Source: a virus
Lineage: Duplodnaviria > Caudoviricetes
IMG/VR virus record: IMGVR_UViG_3300044714_000169
Span: 1-50,547 of that record
Strand: one strand, 5' to 3'
DNA length: 50,547 bases
The notes under the pieces were generated by a model. It saw nothing but the letters and a program-made list of their open reading frames with translations, was not told the origin of the DNA and ran no database searches. The translations under genes and the position numbers were made by a program. This document shows positions 35,634 to 44,147 of this stretch, piece after piece (position 1 is the first letter of the stretch; every line of letters starts with the position of its first letter).

Positions 35634-36362
35634 ATGTCTGATACGGGAGAGGTAAAATTACCGATTGCTGAAACCTTTCACTCGATTCAGGGTGAAGGAC
35701 AGTGGGTCGGTACCCCAATGCACTTTATTCGTCTTGCCGGCTGCCCAGTTGGACGACCTGCCAAAGTCGTGAAGGCGAGTGAGTTTGGGCCTCTCCCGCT
35801 TCTCCCTACCGGGGAACAGGCGATGGCCTGTGCAACGTGGGATGGGAGAGGGTTTTGGTGTGACACCGATTACAACAAGCATGAGGAGGTGCTGATCGAA
35901 CAGCTGTTAGCTGAAACCTGGGAGAAACACATCTGTCTGACTGGAGGAGAACCGTTAATCCACTGGAAGAAGTTGATCGGTGGACTCTTCCCCGGCGCTA
36001 TACGAGACGGGGTCAAAATCCATATTGAAACCTCGGGTACAGTTGACGTCGACTTCGGCCAAATGACGCAGAAGGCTGTAACCGACGTTGACTGGCAACT
36101 TTGGTTCACGTGCGCGCCAAAAATCAACTGTACCGATAACATGATCCGTCACTGCGATGAACTGAAGCTGTTGGTCGACGCCCGCTTCCACCCCGACGAA
36201 CTGACCGACAGTATGCGTAACCACCCTAACGTCTTTCTATGCCCAGTCAACAACGTCGACGACGTAAGACTCGACAACGTCGAGCGCGCGATGTTTTGGT
36301 TACAAAAATTCCCAAATTGGAGACTCTCGTGCCAAATGCACAAGTTCCTAAAAATGCGGTAG
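35634..36362 (+). CDS. queE: 7-carboxy-7-deazaguanine synthase (radical SAM)
   Basis: ETFHSIQGEG, FIRLAGC, WCDTDY, LTGGEP, IETSG, WRLSCQMHK. Confidence 0.93.
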   Translation: MSDTGEVKLPIAETFHSIQGEGQWVGTPMHFIRLAGCPVGRPAKVVKASEFGPLPLLPTGEQAMACATWDGRGFWCDTDYNKHEEVLIEQLLAETWEKHICLTGGEPLIHWKKLIGGLFPGAIRDGVKIHIETSGTVDVDFGQMTQKAVTDVDWQLWFTCAPKINCTDNMIRHCDELKLLVDARFHPDELTDSMRNHPNVFLCPVNNVDDVRLDNVERAMFWLQKFPNWRLSCQMHKFLKMR

Positions 36363-36772
36363 ACTGGAAAGGGGTTTGGGAGGTAATTTTCGGGATCTTC
36401 ACGATCCTAATCTTACTCAACCTGCTCCTAACCCCAGCCCACGCGCAAACAACCACCTGCCCTTCGCCAACCCCAGGTAGCCCGCACATCTGTTTAAAAT
36501 GGACAGATAGTACCACCGCCGGCGCTACCTACAACGTTTACCGCACAACCACCTCGGGAGCGGAAAATTACTCAACCCCACTTAATTCAACCCCGTTACC
36601 AGCGGGAACCACCGCATACTACGACTCAACCGTTGCAGTCGGGACCACGTATTACTACACGTTGGCCGCCGTCGGAACAGGAGGTGTATTGAGCACTCCG
36701 ACCGCTGAGGTCAGTGCTCAAATAACAGTGCCACCTAACACACCTACGGGGCTCAGCGTTTCGGTTGATTGA
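36329..36772 (+). CDS. Exported fibronectin type III domain protein
   Basis: GTG 36329 after GGAG; signal/TM IFGIFTILILLNLLLTPAHA-Q; LKW...YNVYR...YYDSTV..GTTYYY. Confidence 0.7.
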   Translation: MPNAQVPKNAVDWKGVWEVIFGIFTILILLNLLLTPAHAQTTTCPSPTPGSPHICLKWTDSTTAGATYNVYRTTTSGAENYSTPLNSTPLPAGTTAYYDSTVAVGTTYYYTLAAVGTGGVLSTPTAEVSAQITVPPNTPTGLSVSVD

Positions 36773-36790
36773 CTGTGAGGTAACCTACTA

Positions 36791-37156
36791 ATGTTGTTGG
36801 ACTTCAGGAAACCGCAGGTAGCTATCGTCGAAAAGTTCGTCTCGCAAACTGGTAAATACCTCTGTTTCCTGGGCAATCATTACCACAAAGGTCATACCTG
36901 CTGGGTGTTCGGCTCTAGTAATAAGGTTACTGGGGAGATAGTTATGCGGCATTACTCTTCAGCCACCAACTCAATCAGTCCAAAAGCCGAGTGTGAAACC
37001 GCTTGGAGAAAGTTTAAGGAGGGGATGCTTGCCAAACCGAAATCGGACTTTGAAGAAGACACCCATATTACACGCCCTTGGGAGAAGGAACAAATCCGAC
37101 GCGGCGGTAGTCTCGCAGTTGCACTTGCAAAATCTAAGCGAGACAAACCCAATTGA
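36791..37156 (+). CDS. Hypothetical protein
   Basis: GAGGT RBS; operon packing. Confidence 0.55.
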   Translation: MLLDFRKPQVAIVEKFVSQTGKYLCFLGNHYHKGHTCWVFGSSNKVTGEIVMRHYSSATNSISPKAECETAWRKFKEGMLAKPKSDFEEDTHITRPWEKEQIRRGGSLAVALAKSKRDKPN

Positions 37157-37439
37157 CAGATTTTACCGGATCGCGTCTGAGCTGTGCGATCTCCACCATA
37201 AGAAATCCTTAGACTACGGCACCGACGGAGATACCTACCAAAACTTCCGTGGATCGGCGAAGATGGGAATCGAACCCTGGAAGGGTGCTTTCATCCGACT
37301 GCAGGACAAAGTCCAACGAATCTGTAAATTCGCGAAAGACGGTAAGTTGGCCAACGAGTCCGTGATCGACAGTTTCTCCGACCTCGCCGTCTACGCGATC
37401 ATCTGTCGAATTCTGTTTGAAGAGGAGCAAGCTAAGTGA
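37125..37439 (+). CDS. DUF1599/Nmad1-like all-alpha NTP pyrophosphohydrolase (start uncertain)
   Basis: KKSLDYG...NF...IRLQDKVQR...ESVIDSFSDLAVYAII. Confidence 0.75.
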   Translation: MQNLSETNPIDRFYRIASELCDLHHKKSLDYGTDGDTYQNFRGSAKMGIEPWKGAFIRLQDKVQRICKFAKDGKLANESVIDSFSDLAVYAIICRILFEEEQAK

Positions 37440-37984
37440 ATCAACATCAGATTGAAAACGGGGTTACCCTAATCTTGAAGGGCTTGGGTTGCGACCCCAA
37501 AGACCACAACTACACCGATACACCCGAACGTTACGCAAAAGCCCTGCTCGAGATGTTCCAACCATCCGATACCGAATGGGCAACCTTCGAGGAGAACTTC
37601 AATGACTTCATCCTACTACGCGGGCATAAAATGTGGTCGCTTTGCCCGCACCATCTGCTTCCCGTCCACTTCACCGTTAGTCTCGCCTACGTACCTAACG
37701 GAAATGTTCTCGGGCTTTCGAAACTGGCACGGCTTCTGGATGAGTGCAATAACGGTCCCCTCCTCCAAGAAAGATTTACCAAACTGGCGGTGGATAAGGT
37801 TGGACAGGTATGTCCTGGGATTAAAGGAGCTGCATGTCTCGTTCATGGCACTCACTCCTGTCTTTCTATGCGTGGGGTTAAAAGCTCGGCAGACTTTGTC
37901 ACGTATAAGTTGGGTGGGGTGTTCGAATCAGACAGTTCGTTAGAGCAGAGATTTTTCACGTTGGCGCAGAGAAGGGAGGGTTAA
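37436..37984 (+). CDS. folE: GTP cyclohydrolase I
   Basis: DTPER, SLCPHHLLP, GLSKLARL, LQER, HSCLSMRGV. Confidence 0.95.
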   Translation: MNQHQIENGVTLILKGLGCDPKDHNYTDTPERYAKALLEMFQPSDTEWATFEENFNDFILLRGHKMWSLCPHHLLPVHFTVSLAYVPNGNVLGLSKLARLLDECNNGPLLQERFTKLAVDKVGQVCPGIKGAACLVHGTHSCLSMRGVKSSADFVTYKLGGVFESDSSLEQRFFTLAQRREG

Positions 37985-37985
37985 A

Positions 37986-40418
37986 TTGGCCGAAATCGTC
38001 TGGGGTGAGGGACCCTTCTCCGCTCGATTAATCATCATCGGGCAGAATCCAGGTCCCGAAGAAATGGAACAAAATCGGCCGTTCGTCGGGGCCAGCGGGA
38101 GAATACTCGACCATGCGCTACAAAAAGTGGGAATTCGTCGCTCTGATTGCTTCATCACTAACGTTTGTAAGCATTTTATACCTCCTGGTCAACCAGTGCC
38201 CCCATTGCTGTTATCCGCGGACCGTCCAATGTTGGATAAAGAGCTCGGGATGCTCCACAACGCCCAGGTGATCTTAACCCTGGGAAAAGAAGCCTTCGAG
38301 TCGTTAACCTGGAAAGACCTCCAAATCCGCCACAACCGAAAGGGCGCGGAGAAGAAAAAGAACGCTTGGTTGCGCGGTTGCCCGTATCAATGGGGGAAAT
38401 ACTGGATCATTCCCGCTGTCCACCCTTCCTTCATCATGCGTACCGGCTTTATCGAGTCCCCACTATTTGAGGTTGACCTTGACCGCGCCCGTCGGTTCGC
38501 GTTCGAAGCAGCCCGACCCCCCGAGGATCACTACCATGACAACTGTACCGATCAAGAGATTCGAGATTACGTTAGACTTTGTGTTGACAGGAAAGAATGC
38601 GGACTTGACATCGAAACTCCTGAAACAACTGTCGACGATGACGACCTCGACCCGAGTATCGTCTCTCCTATCGACCTTATCGGATTGTCTGCGGAAATCG
38701 GAGAATCCGTCGGAGTTCGTCAAGATCAATTCGATCTCCTCCGACCACTCTTCGACGATACTTCTCGATACCCAGTCACTGTCTGGGGGCATAATTGCGG
38801 CGCTTTCGACTTCTACCACATCACCAAAACGTTAGGGTTTAAATTTGGAGGGATAAAGCGTGCTGACGCTATGCTGGGAATGCACTTGTTGTGGAGCCAC
38901 CTCACAAATAAAGACGCAGCTACCTGTTTCAGTATCTTCACGGATATCCCGTACTACAAGAACACCCGCAAGCTTGATCCTCACTTCTACGATACCATTG
39001 GAAATTGCCGAGACACCTATGGTGCACTTTGGGCGGGACGAAACATCCTGCGCGAAATGCGGAAACATCCTGGGATGGAGAGTCTGTTTTGGAACCATAT
39101 GATGGGTGCGGTAGACATCACCAACGAGTGGAGGGTGGTTGGAATCAACACCGACCAAAATCGAGCCGGTCGTGATCTGTTAGTCTGTGGGTTAGCACTA
39201 CAACAATACGAGGAAATCTGGAACAAACTAATGCCGTTTGTCAGCTGGTCTTCCCCCAAACAACTGATCGAACTATTTCGGAAACAAGGCCTGCCAATCT
39301 TCAAGCGAAAAAGGCCGGGAAAGAACGGTGGCCCACCCAAATTCACGGAGACATGTGATGACGACGCGCTCGAAATCTACGTTAAAAGGTTTAACAGTCA
39401 AATCGCCAAACTCGTTCAGGAAATGCGAGTCCTCGCGCACGCAGCCGACTTTCTCGATGTCGCTCGAGCAGATGGGCATGTGAGTCCACGATTTAAACTT
39501 GCTGGCCAGGTCGGTGGCCGAGTTCAGGCAGTTGATCCTGATCTCCAAAATATCCCGGAAACGATTGCTGGAGTATTCCCTCGAGCGATATACATTCCAG
39601 ATCGGCCAAGTGAACAAGTGTTTGGAATTACTGACTTCTCTCAGATTGAATACCGACTCTACGTCACCCAGGCCAAAGACCAAGCGGGGATCGATCAGAT
39701 AAACTCGGGAGACTACCTGTATGGCTTCTTCTACGAAGATATCTTCAAAGAACCGTTCTTTCTCCCCAACCGACCTCGATCCAAATCCAATATCGACCCG
39801 AACGTACCACCATGGAAACTTCTCGTTGCGAAGTCATGGCCGCTGGGATTTATCTACGGAAGAGGGGTCCCTGCTGCTACAGGTCTGCCAATTACTAACC
39901 GAGACTGTGAGCGTATTTACAGCAAGTTCCACCAAGACCATCCACGGATCCAGCCATTCCACACTGAATTGCTCTACACCGCTAGCCGGGTTGGTTACCT
40001 TCTTAGCCCATTTGGCCGCATGCGACGTTTTCCAAACAGCAAGGGGCAGAGAAACGAAATCCTCTCATTCCCCGGACAAGTGGTCGCAGTTGATGTCTTA
40101 TTCCGCAACGCACTGCTCCCGCTGCCAGAGATTCTTAAAGAGCGGTTCGGGGGCCGTCTACTCTTTAGCGTTCATGATTCCGTCGGCTGGTGCGTTAGGA
40201 AAGAGTTTGCCAAACAAGCTAGAGAAACCGTCGACGAAACCATGAGCGCGGCGCTGGCCGAGTTGGGAGGGCTACGGATACCCGTAGAAACAAAACTGGG
40301 TCCAAACTGGGGTGAAGCGAAACGATACGAGGTCTACTTTGGAAACACTAACTCCGCGCCAACAACTGGAACGCTTCCTCCAAATGTTGAATCGACAAGT
40401 TTGGGGGCGGGACAGTAA
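37986..40418 (+). CDS. polA: Family A DNA polymerase with N-terminal uracil-DNA glycosylase-like domain and 3'-5' exonuclease
   Basis: UDG: IIGQNPG..E..RPFVG.SG, HPS. Exo: LDIET, GHN..FD. Pol: LQNIP, DFSQIEYR, AKSWPLGFIYG, VHDS. Confidence 0.9.
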   Translation: MAEIVWGEGPFSARLIIIGQNPGPEEMEQNRPFVGASGRILDHALQKVGIRRSDCFITNVCKHFIPPGQPVPPLLLSADRPMLDKELGMLHNAQVILTLGKEAFESLTWKDLQIRHNRKGAEKKKNAWLRGCPYQWGKYWIIPAVHPSFIMRTGFIESPLFEVDLDRARRFAFEAARPPEDHYHDNCTDQEIRDYVRLCVDRKECGLDIETPETTVDDDDLDPSIVSPIDLIGLSAEIGESVGVRQDQFDLLRPLFDDTSRYPVTVWGHNCGAFDFYHITKTLGFKFGGIKRADAMLGMHLLWSHLTNKDAATCFSIFTDIPYYKNTRKLDPHFYDTIGNCRDTYGALWAGRNILREMRKHPGMESLFWNHMMGAVDITNEWRVVGINTDQNRAGRDLLVCGLALQQYEEIWNKLMPFVSWSSPKQLIELFRKQGLPIFKRKRPGKNGGPPKFTETCDDDALEIYVKRFNSQIAKLVQEMRVLAHAADFLDVARADGHVSPRFKLAGQVGGRVQAVDPDLQNIPETIAGVFPRAIYIPDRPSEQVFGITDFSQIEYRLYVTQAKDQAGIDQINSGDYLYGFFYEDIFKEPFFLPNRPRSKSNIDPNVPPWKLLVAKSWPLGFIYGRGVPAATGLPITNRDCERIYSKFHQDHPRIQPFHTELLYTASRVGYLLSPFGRMRRFPNSKGQRNEILSFPGQVVAVDVLFRNALLPLPEILKERFGGRLLFSVHDSVGWCVRKEFAKQARETVDETMSAALAELGGLRIPVETKLGPNWGEAKRYEVYFGNTNSAPTTGTLPPNVESTSLGAGQ

Positions 40419-41772
40419 ACTGTTTGAGGTCGCGTTGGAGTTTATCCAGACGCGGACTTCAAATTTAGAGATCAAAGACGACGAACGAGCACAACTGAAA
40501 CAAGCTTTCATGAAGGCGTTTCAGATGTCGGAGGAAGAATTACAGAATGCAACCACGAATTCAACTGGTGGAAACGGACACTCAACCCATAACGATATCG
40601 ACTCCGTCCGATCAGATGAAGAGCTTCAAAAAATCCTGCCAACTGGGGGGTTGCTACGTGACTATGTGGAATATACCTCACATAGCGAGGCTCCACTGGT
40701 CTACCACGTAATGTCTTTTTTGTGTGCAATTGGTGCTGTTATCAACCGTCGAATTTGGCTTGACATGGGCTACTATCGAGTGTTTCCCGCTATTGGAGTT
40801 ATCATCCTCGGCCCTTCAGGCATTAAGAAGACATCCGCGACTGACATTGTGGTTAGATTGCTCGGCGACGTCGGAACGGTCAAGCTCTATTCTGAAAAAC
40901 TTACACCGGAAGCACTTATCGAGGGGATGAAGGGAGATGCAACCGGACTTTTATACGCGCCCGAGATGACAGTCTTCCTGAACAAGGTTAAATACAACGA
41001 GGGGTTAATCCAGTTGATCACTCGTTTCATGGACTGCCCAGACCGTTGGGAGTCAGGTACAATCATGAGGGGTAAACATGCGCTTACTAACATCGCTATT
41101 AGCAGTCTTATGTGTAGTACCAGCGATTGGTTTATCCGGTCTACTCCTGCAGATAGCTTTGGAGGTGGGTTTATCGCCAGAAACCTCCTGGTTGTTCAAG
41201 AGTCTAGTTCTCGGTGCGAGCCTATACCTAATCCTGGTGATCCACGTATACGTGAAGGCATTATACAAGGTCTGGCTGGAATCCACTCGCTCGAAGGGGC
41301 GATGAGTTTTAGCCCGGCCGCGATGAAGTGTTACGTAGACTGGTATCGAGGAGAACATCAAGTTGAATCCAAGCAACCCGATCACGAGATCATGTCGACT
41401 TACTTTAACCGCAAGCCGGACCATATTAAAAGACTTGCAATCAGTCTGCATATGGCTGAGCATTCAAACTTTATTCTGTGTCTTGATTGCTTTGAGCGCG
41501 CCCTCTCTCTTCTCGACTGGTTGGAACAATTCATCCCCAAACTTCTGGAACAGATGTTTCGATCGTCTACTGGGGAAGAGTTGGAGCTGGTTTATCGAAT
41601 TATCCGACAACAGGGAACGATCGGTCACTCAGATCTCGTTAGGAAAGTTGGATACACGATGGACGCGCAGAGGGTGAAAGGGATTATCCTGTCGTTGAGG
41701 GAAGCTGGACAGGTAGTTGAGGTGAACGACCCGTTGTTTGGGCACAGTTACCAGGCGAAGGGTAACCGATGA
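40312..41772 (+). CDS. DUF3987-like (primase-associated) helicase/ATPase with C-terminal winged helix
   Basis: SEAPLVYH, ILGPSGIKKTS P-loop, TPEALI, GGGFIAR. Confidence 0.75.
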   Translation: MKRNDTRSTLETLTPRQQLERFLQMLNRQVWGRDSKLFEVALEFIQTRTSNLEIKDDERAQLKQAFMKAFQMSEEELQNATTNSTGGNGHSTHNDIDSVRSDEELQKILPTGGLLRDYVEYTSHSEAPLVYHVMSFLCAIGAVINRRIWLDMGYYRVFPAIGVIILGPSGIKKTSATDIVVRLLGDVGTVKLYSEKLTPEALIEGMKGDATGLLYAPEMTVFLNKVKYNEGLIQLITRFMDCPDRWESGTIMRGKHALTNIAISSLMCSTSDWFIRSTPADSFGGGFIARNLLVVQESSSRCEPIPNPGDPRIREGIIQGLAGIHSLEGAMSFSPAAMKCYVDWYRGEHQVESKQPDHEIMSTYFNRKPDHIKRLAISLHMAEHSNFILCLDCFERALSLLDWLEQFIPKLLEQMFRSSTGEELELVYRIIRQQGTIGHSDLVRKVGYTMDAQRVKGIILSLREAGQVVEVNDPLFGHSYQAKGNR

Positions 41773-41957
41773 CCGAAAAACAGATCGAGATTCTCCAAAT
41801 GCTCGCTGATGGTATGTTGCAAAAGCAGATCGCGGGCAAGTTAGGTCGCAATCGTTGTACGGTTAGATTTCACATTACTCGTATGCTAAGATCTACTAAA
41901 TCGGTTAACACACCTAACTTAGTCGCCTGGGGATTTCGTAACGGGATAATCAAATGA
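41769..41957 (+). CDS. LuxR-type HTH protein
   Basis: TEKQIEILQMLADG...KQIAGKLG....TVRFH. Confidence 0.85.
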   Translation: MTEKQIEILQMLADGMLQKQIAGKLGRNRCTVRFHITRMLRSTKSVNTPNLVAWGFRNGIIK

Positions 41958-42412
41958 TCGACGACTGGGATTACACCGCTCGCCAACTCGGATATAAAGA
42001 CGAGCGAGACCTGTTTCAACGACTCTACGTCGAAGAAGGTCGATCGATCAGTATGTTGGCGCAGATGTTAAAATCTGGTACCGCAACCATCAGCCGCCGA
42101 CTCGATATGCTCGAAATTTCAAAACGTCCACGTGGGGGAGATAACAACTCCGGCAGGCAGATGTACAAACTAACTCATCTAGACCAACGAGTCGTGTTAA
42201 CGTTGCCGTTAAACCTATTACCCGAATTAACCAAAATCAGCCGATCACTGTGGTATAAATATCGCCGTTTCCGAGGAGAACCGAATGGACTTCTGCATTT
42301 TATCACCACTAATGGGGTTGGAGAGGTACAGCCGATTATCGAACCACCATCTAATCCTCCCCCAGATCAAACACCCAAAATACATCAAATTCTACCAGGA
42401 GAGGAAGGCTGA
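41954..42412 (+). CDS. HTH DNA-binding protein
   Basis: LYVEEGRSISMLAQML...TATISRRL...EI.KR. Confidence 0.65.
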   Translation: MIDDWDYTARQLGYKDERDLFQRLYVEEGRSISMLAQMLKSGTATISRRLDMLEISKRPRGGDNNSGRQMYKLTHLDQRVVLTLPLNLLPELTKISRSLWYKYRRFRGEPNGLLHFITTNGVGEVQPIIEPPSNPPPDQTPKIHQILPGEEG

Positions 42413-43061
42413 AGGTGACCACATTCTACTTGACAATGGAGCATACGAAGGGGAGGTTAACCCGACTGAACTGGTTGACTCGATCAAACTTTATTCACCT
42501 AATGTGGTGGTACTACCTGACAAACTGTTGTCGGAGTGGGAGATTACCTGGCGAATGTCATCCGACTTCCTGGACCGATACGGAGATCAATTTGATTGTG
42601 AATGGGCGTATTGCCCTCAATCAACCCCAGATGATATCCTGGGATGGGTTGAAGGCCTCGTACACGCTCTCCAAGATTCGAGAATCAGTTGGATTTGTCT
42701 GCCACGAGCTTTGGGTACTCACATTACCCATGACCCTTTCATACGAGCGAACGTTTGTTCCCGTATCCGAAGTCTTGGCAAAAAAGTACACGCCTTGGGA
42801 ATGTTATCGGGGTCAGTGGCGGAACTTAAACCTCTCCGAGCTGCGGGTTGTAATTCAATTGATTCAGCAGCGCCGGTCTGGAGAGGATTATGTGGATGGA
42901 AGTTGGGGGCACCAGAGAGGTGGCCAGAAGTTGAGGTTGAGTGGGAGTTAGATACCTGGCTCCGTCCTGACTGCGCGATTCCGGTTGGCCCGATTGACGA
43001 GATTATCTTATCAAACCTGGAGGCATGTGGTGTCAACGTTAGTGTTAGGCGCGGAGTATAA
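42285..43061 (+). CDS. dpdA: TGT-like (DpdA-family) deazaguanine transglycosylase, divergent
   Basis: ILLDNGAYEG, VVLPD, PQS, VHALG, SIDSAAP TIM-barrel motifs; co-occurs with folE/queCDE. Confidence 0.7.
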   Translation: MDFCILSPLMGLERYSRLSNHHLILPQIKHPKYIKFYQERKAEGDHILLDNGAYEGEVNPTELVDSIKLYSPNVVVLPDKLLSEWEITWRMSSDFLDRYGDQFDCEWAYCPQSTPDDILGWVEGLVHALQDSRISWICLPRALGTHITHDPFIRANVCSRIRSLGKKVHALGMLSGSVAELKPLRAAGCNSIDSAAPVWRGLCGWKLGAPERWPEVEVEWELDTWLRPDCAIPVGPIDEIILSNLEACGVNVSVRRGV

Positions 43062-43275
43062 ACTAGACGACCAGGTTTGTCTGGTCGTCCGGATAATCAA
43101 ATCCCAATCGATCTTTGAAGATGATTCGGGGGTTGAACAAATCGACGAGCTTTACGCCGAGTTGAAGAGACCTGATGGATCTCCCGAGTTCGTTAGTTTA
43201 ATGAAGAATTCCACTAAGTTTACCGAGAAGAAATCTAACATCCGGGCGTTGGATCCGGTTTGGAGGCCGAAGTGA
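43030..43275 (+). CDS. Hypothetical protein
   Basis: GGAGG RBS then GTG. Confidence 0.5.
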   Translation: MSTLVLGAEYKLDDQVCLVVRIIKSQSIFEDDSGVEQIDELYAELKRPDGSPEFVSLMKNSTKFTEKKSNIRALDPVWRPK

Positions 43276-43628
43276 AATTGAAAAAGAGCTACACACCGAT
43301 GGGCGCACGTTTATTAGTATCCGAGATCATAACTTCTTTATCACTCGAAGAACGCGGAGCGCGTGCCGGATTAACCGTGATCGTCGAAACCGATAACCGA
43401 CCAACCCCGACCACCGGCAAAATCGAAGCGCTCGGCAGCGACCCGATCTTCAAAGACGAAGATATCCAAATAGGCGATATCGTCTTCTACGGGCCGCATG
43501 CCGGCACAGTTCACACGATTGAGGGGCACGAGTTCAAAATGCTCGAGTTCCAGGAGATCACCCTGGTTGAGCGAGACCGAACTACCACTTCGGCTGAACT
43601 CGAAGAGACTCCAACTGTGAATACGTAA
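43272..43628 (+). CDS. groES: GroES-like co-chaperonin
   Basis: PMGARLLV...GKIEALG...IQIGDIVFYGPHAGT..TIEG.EF.ML...EI. Confidence 0.85.
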   Translation: MKLKKSYTPMGARLLVSEIITSLSLEERGARAGLTVIVETDNRPTPTTGKIEALGSDPIFKDEDIQIGDIVFYGPHAGTVHTIEGHEFKMLEFQEITLVERDRTTTSAELEETPTVNT

Positions 43629-43773
43629 CTGGAGTTCCTTGCACCGCCGACAGAGAAGCAATCGCTGCTTCAATCCCCTGAGCTGCGGCTACTGCGTCTG
43701 CGGCGGTCGAACCCTTCAACTGGCCCAACACTGGCGTCAACAAACCCAAAACCAAATCGATAATGTTGATCAT
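43582..43773 (-). CDS. Small amphipathic protein, lysis cassette
   Basis: ATGA overlap with lipoprotein gene; hydrophobic N-terminus. Confidence 0.55.
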   Translation of the reverse strand: MINIIDLVLGLLTPVLGQLKGSTAADAVAAAQGIEAAIASLSAVQGTPVTYSQLESLRVQPKW

Positions 43774-44135
43774 TGAATCACCCCTTTTAACTCGGTGACA
43801 AACAAATTAGCGTTAGCGATCGCGGTGGTTAGCCCAGCCTGCGCCGACTTAACCGGTACACACGTCGCGGTGGTGGATGGAGGCGGAACAGCCTGTGACC
43901 AACCACAATAAGCCTCAGTTGCGGTGATTAAAGCGTTTTGACCAGCTACCGCCTGGTTGATAACGGTACAAGCGGTTTGTTTCGGGTTGGAGGTACAGGT
44001 AGTTTGAAACTGAGTTTGAGCCGCTTGCAGCGCTCCCTGTAACGCGGCAGCGGTATTCCTCGCGCCCTGCTCTAACGGGGTAGTCGGACAAGCGATCAAC
44101 GGGATAACCAACAACAACCACAATAGTTTCTTCAT
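43770..44135 (-). CDS. Lipoprotein, spanin-like
   Basis: MKKLLWLLLVIPLIA-C lipobox; helical; GAGGAG RBS. Confidence 0.65.
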   Translation of the reverse strand: MKKLLWLLLVIPLIACPTTPLEQGARNTAAALQGALQAAQTQFQTTCTSNPKQTACTVINQAVAGQNALITATEAYCGWSQAVPPPSTTATCVPVKSAQAGLTTAIANANLFVTELKGVIQ

Positions 44136-44147
44136 ATTTCTCCTCTA

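Noticed and set aside
32049-37984. que genes as auxiliary tRNA-queuosine or folate metabolism
   Set aside because: No queF/queA or tRNA genes recognised; linkage to a DpdA-like gene and polymerase favours DNA modification
39843-39845. PolA Leu762 as evidence of temperate lifestyle
   Set aside because: No integrase, CI-like repressor or partition genes recognised; motif B is too divergent for the rule of thumb
8826-40700. Other CCACTGG occurrences (e.g. ~8827, 12380, 12682, 35960, 40694)
   Set aside because: They are inside coding regions and not followed by TTG-N-TATAAT at the fixed spacing
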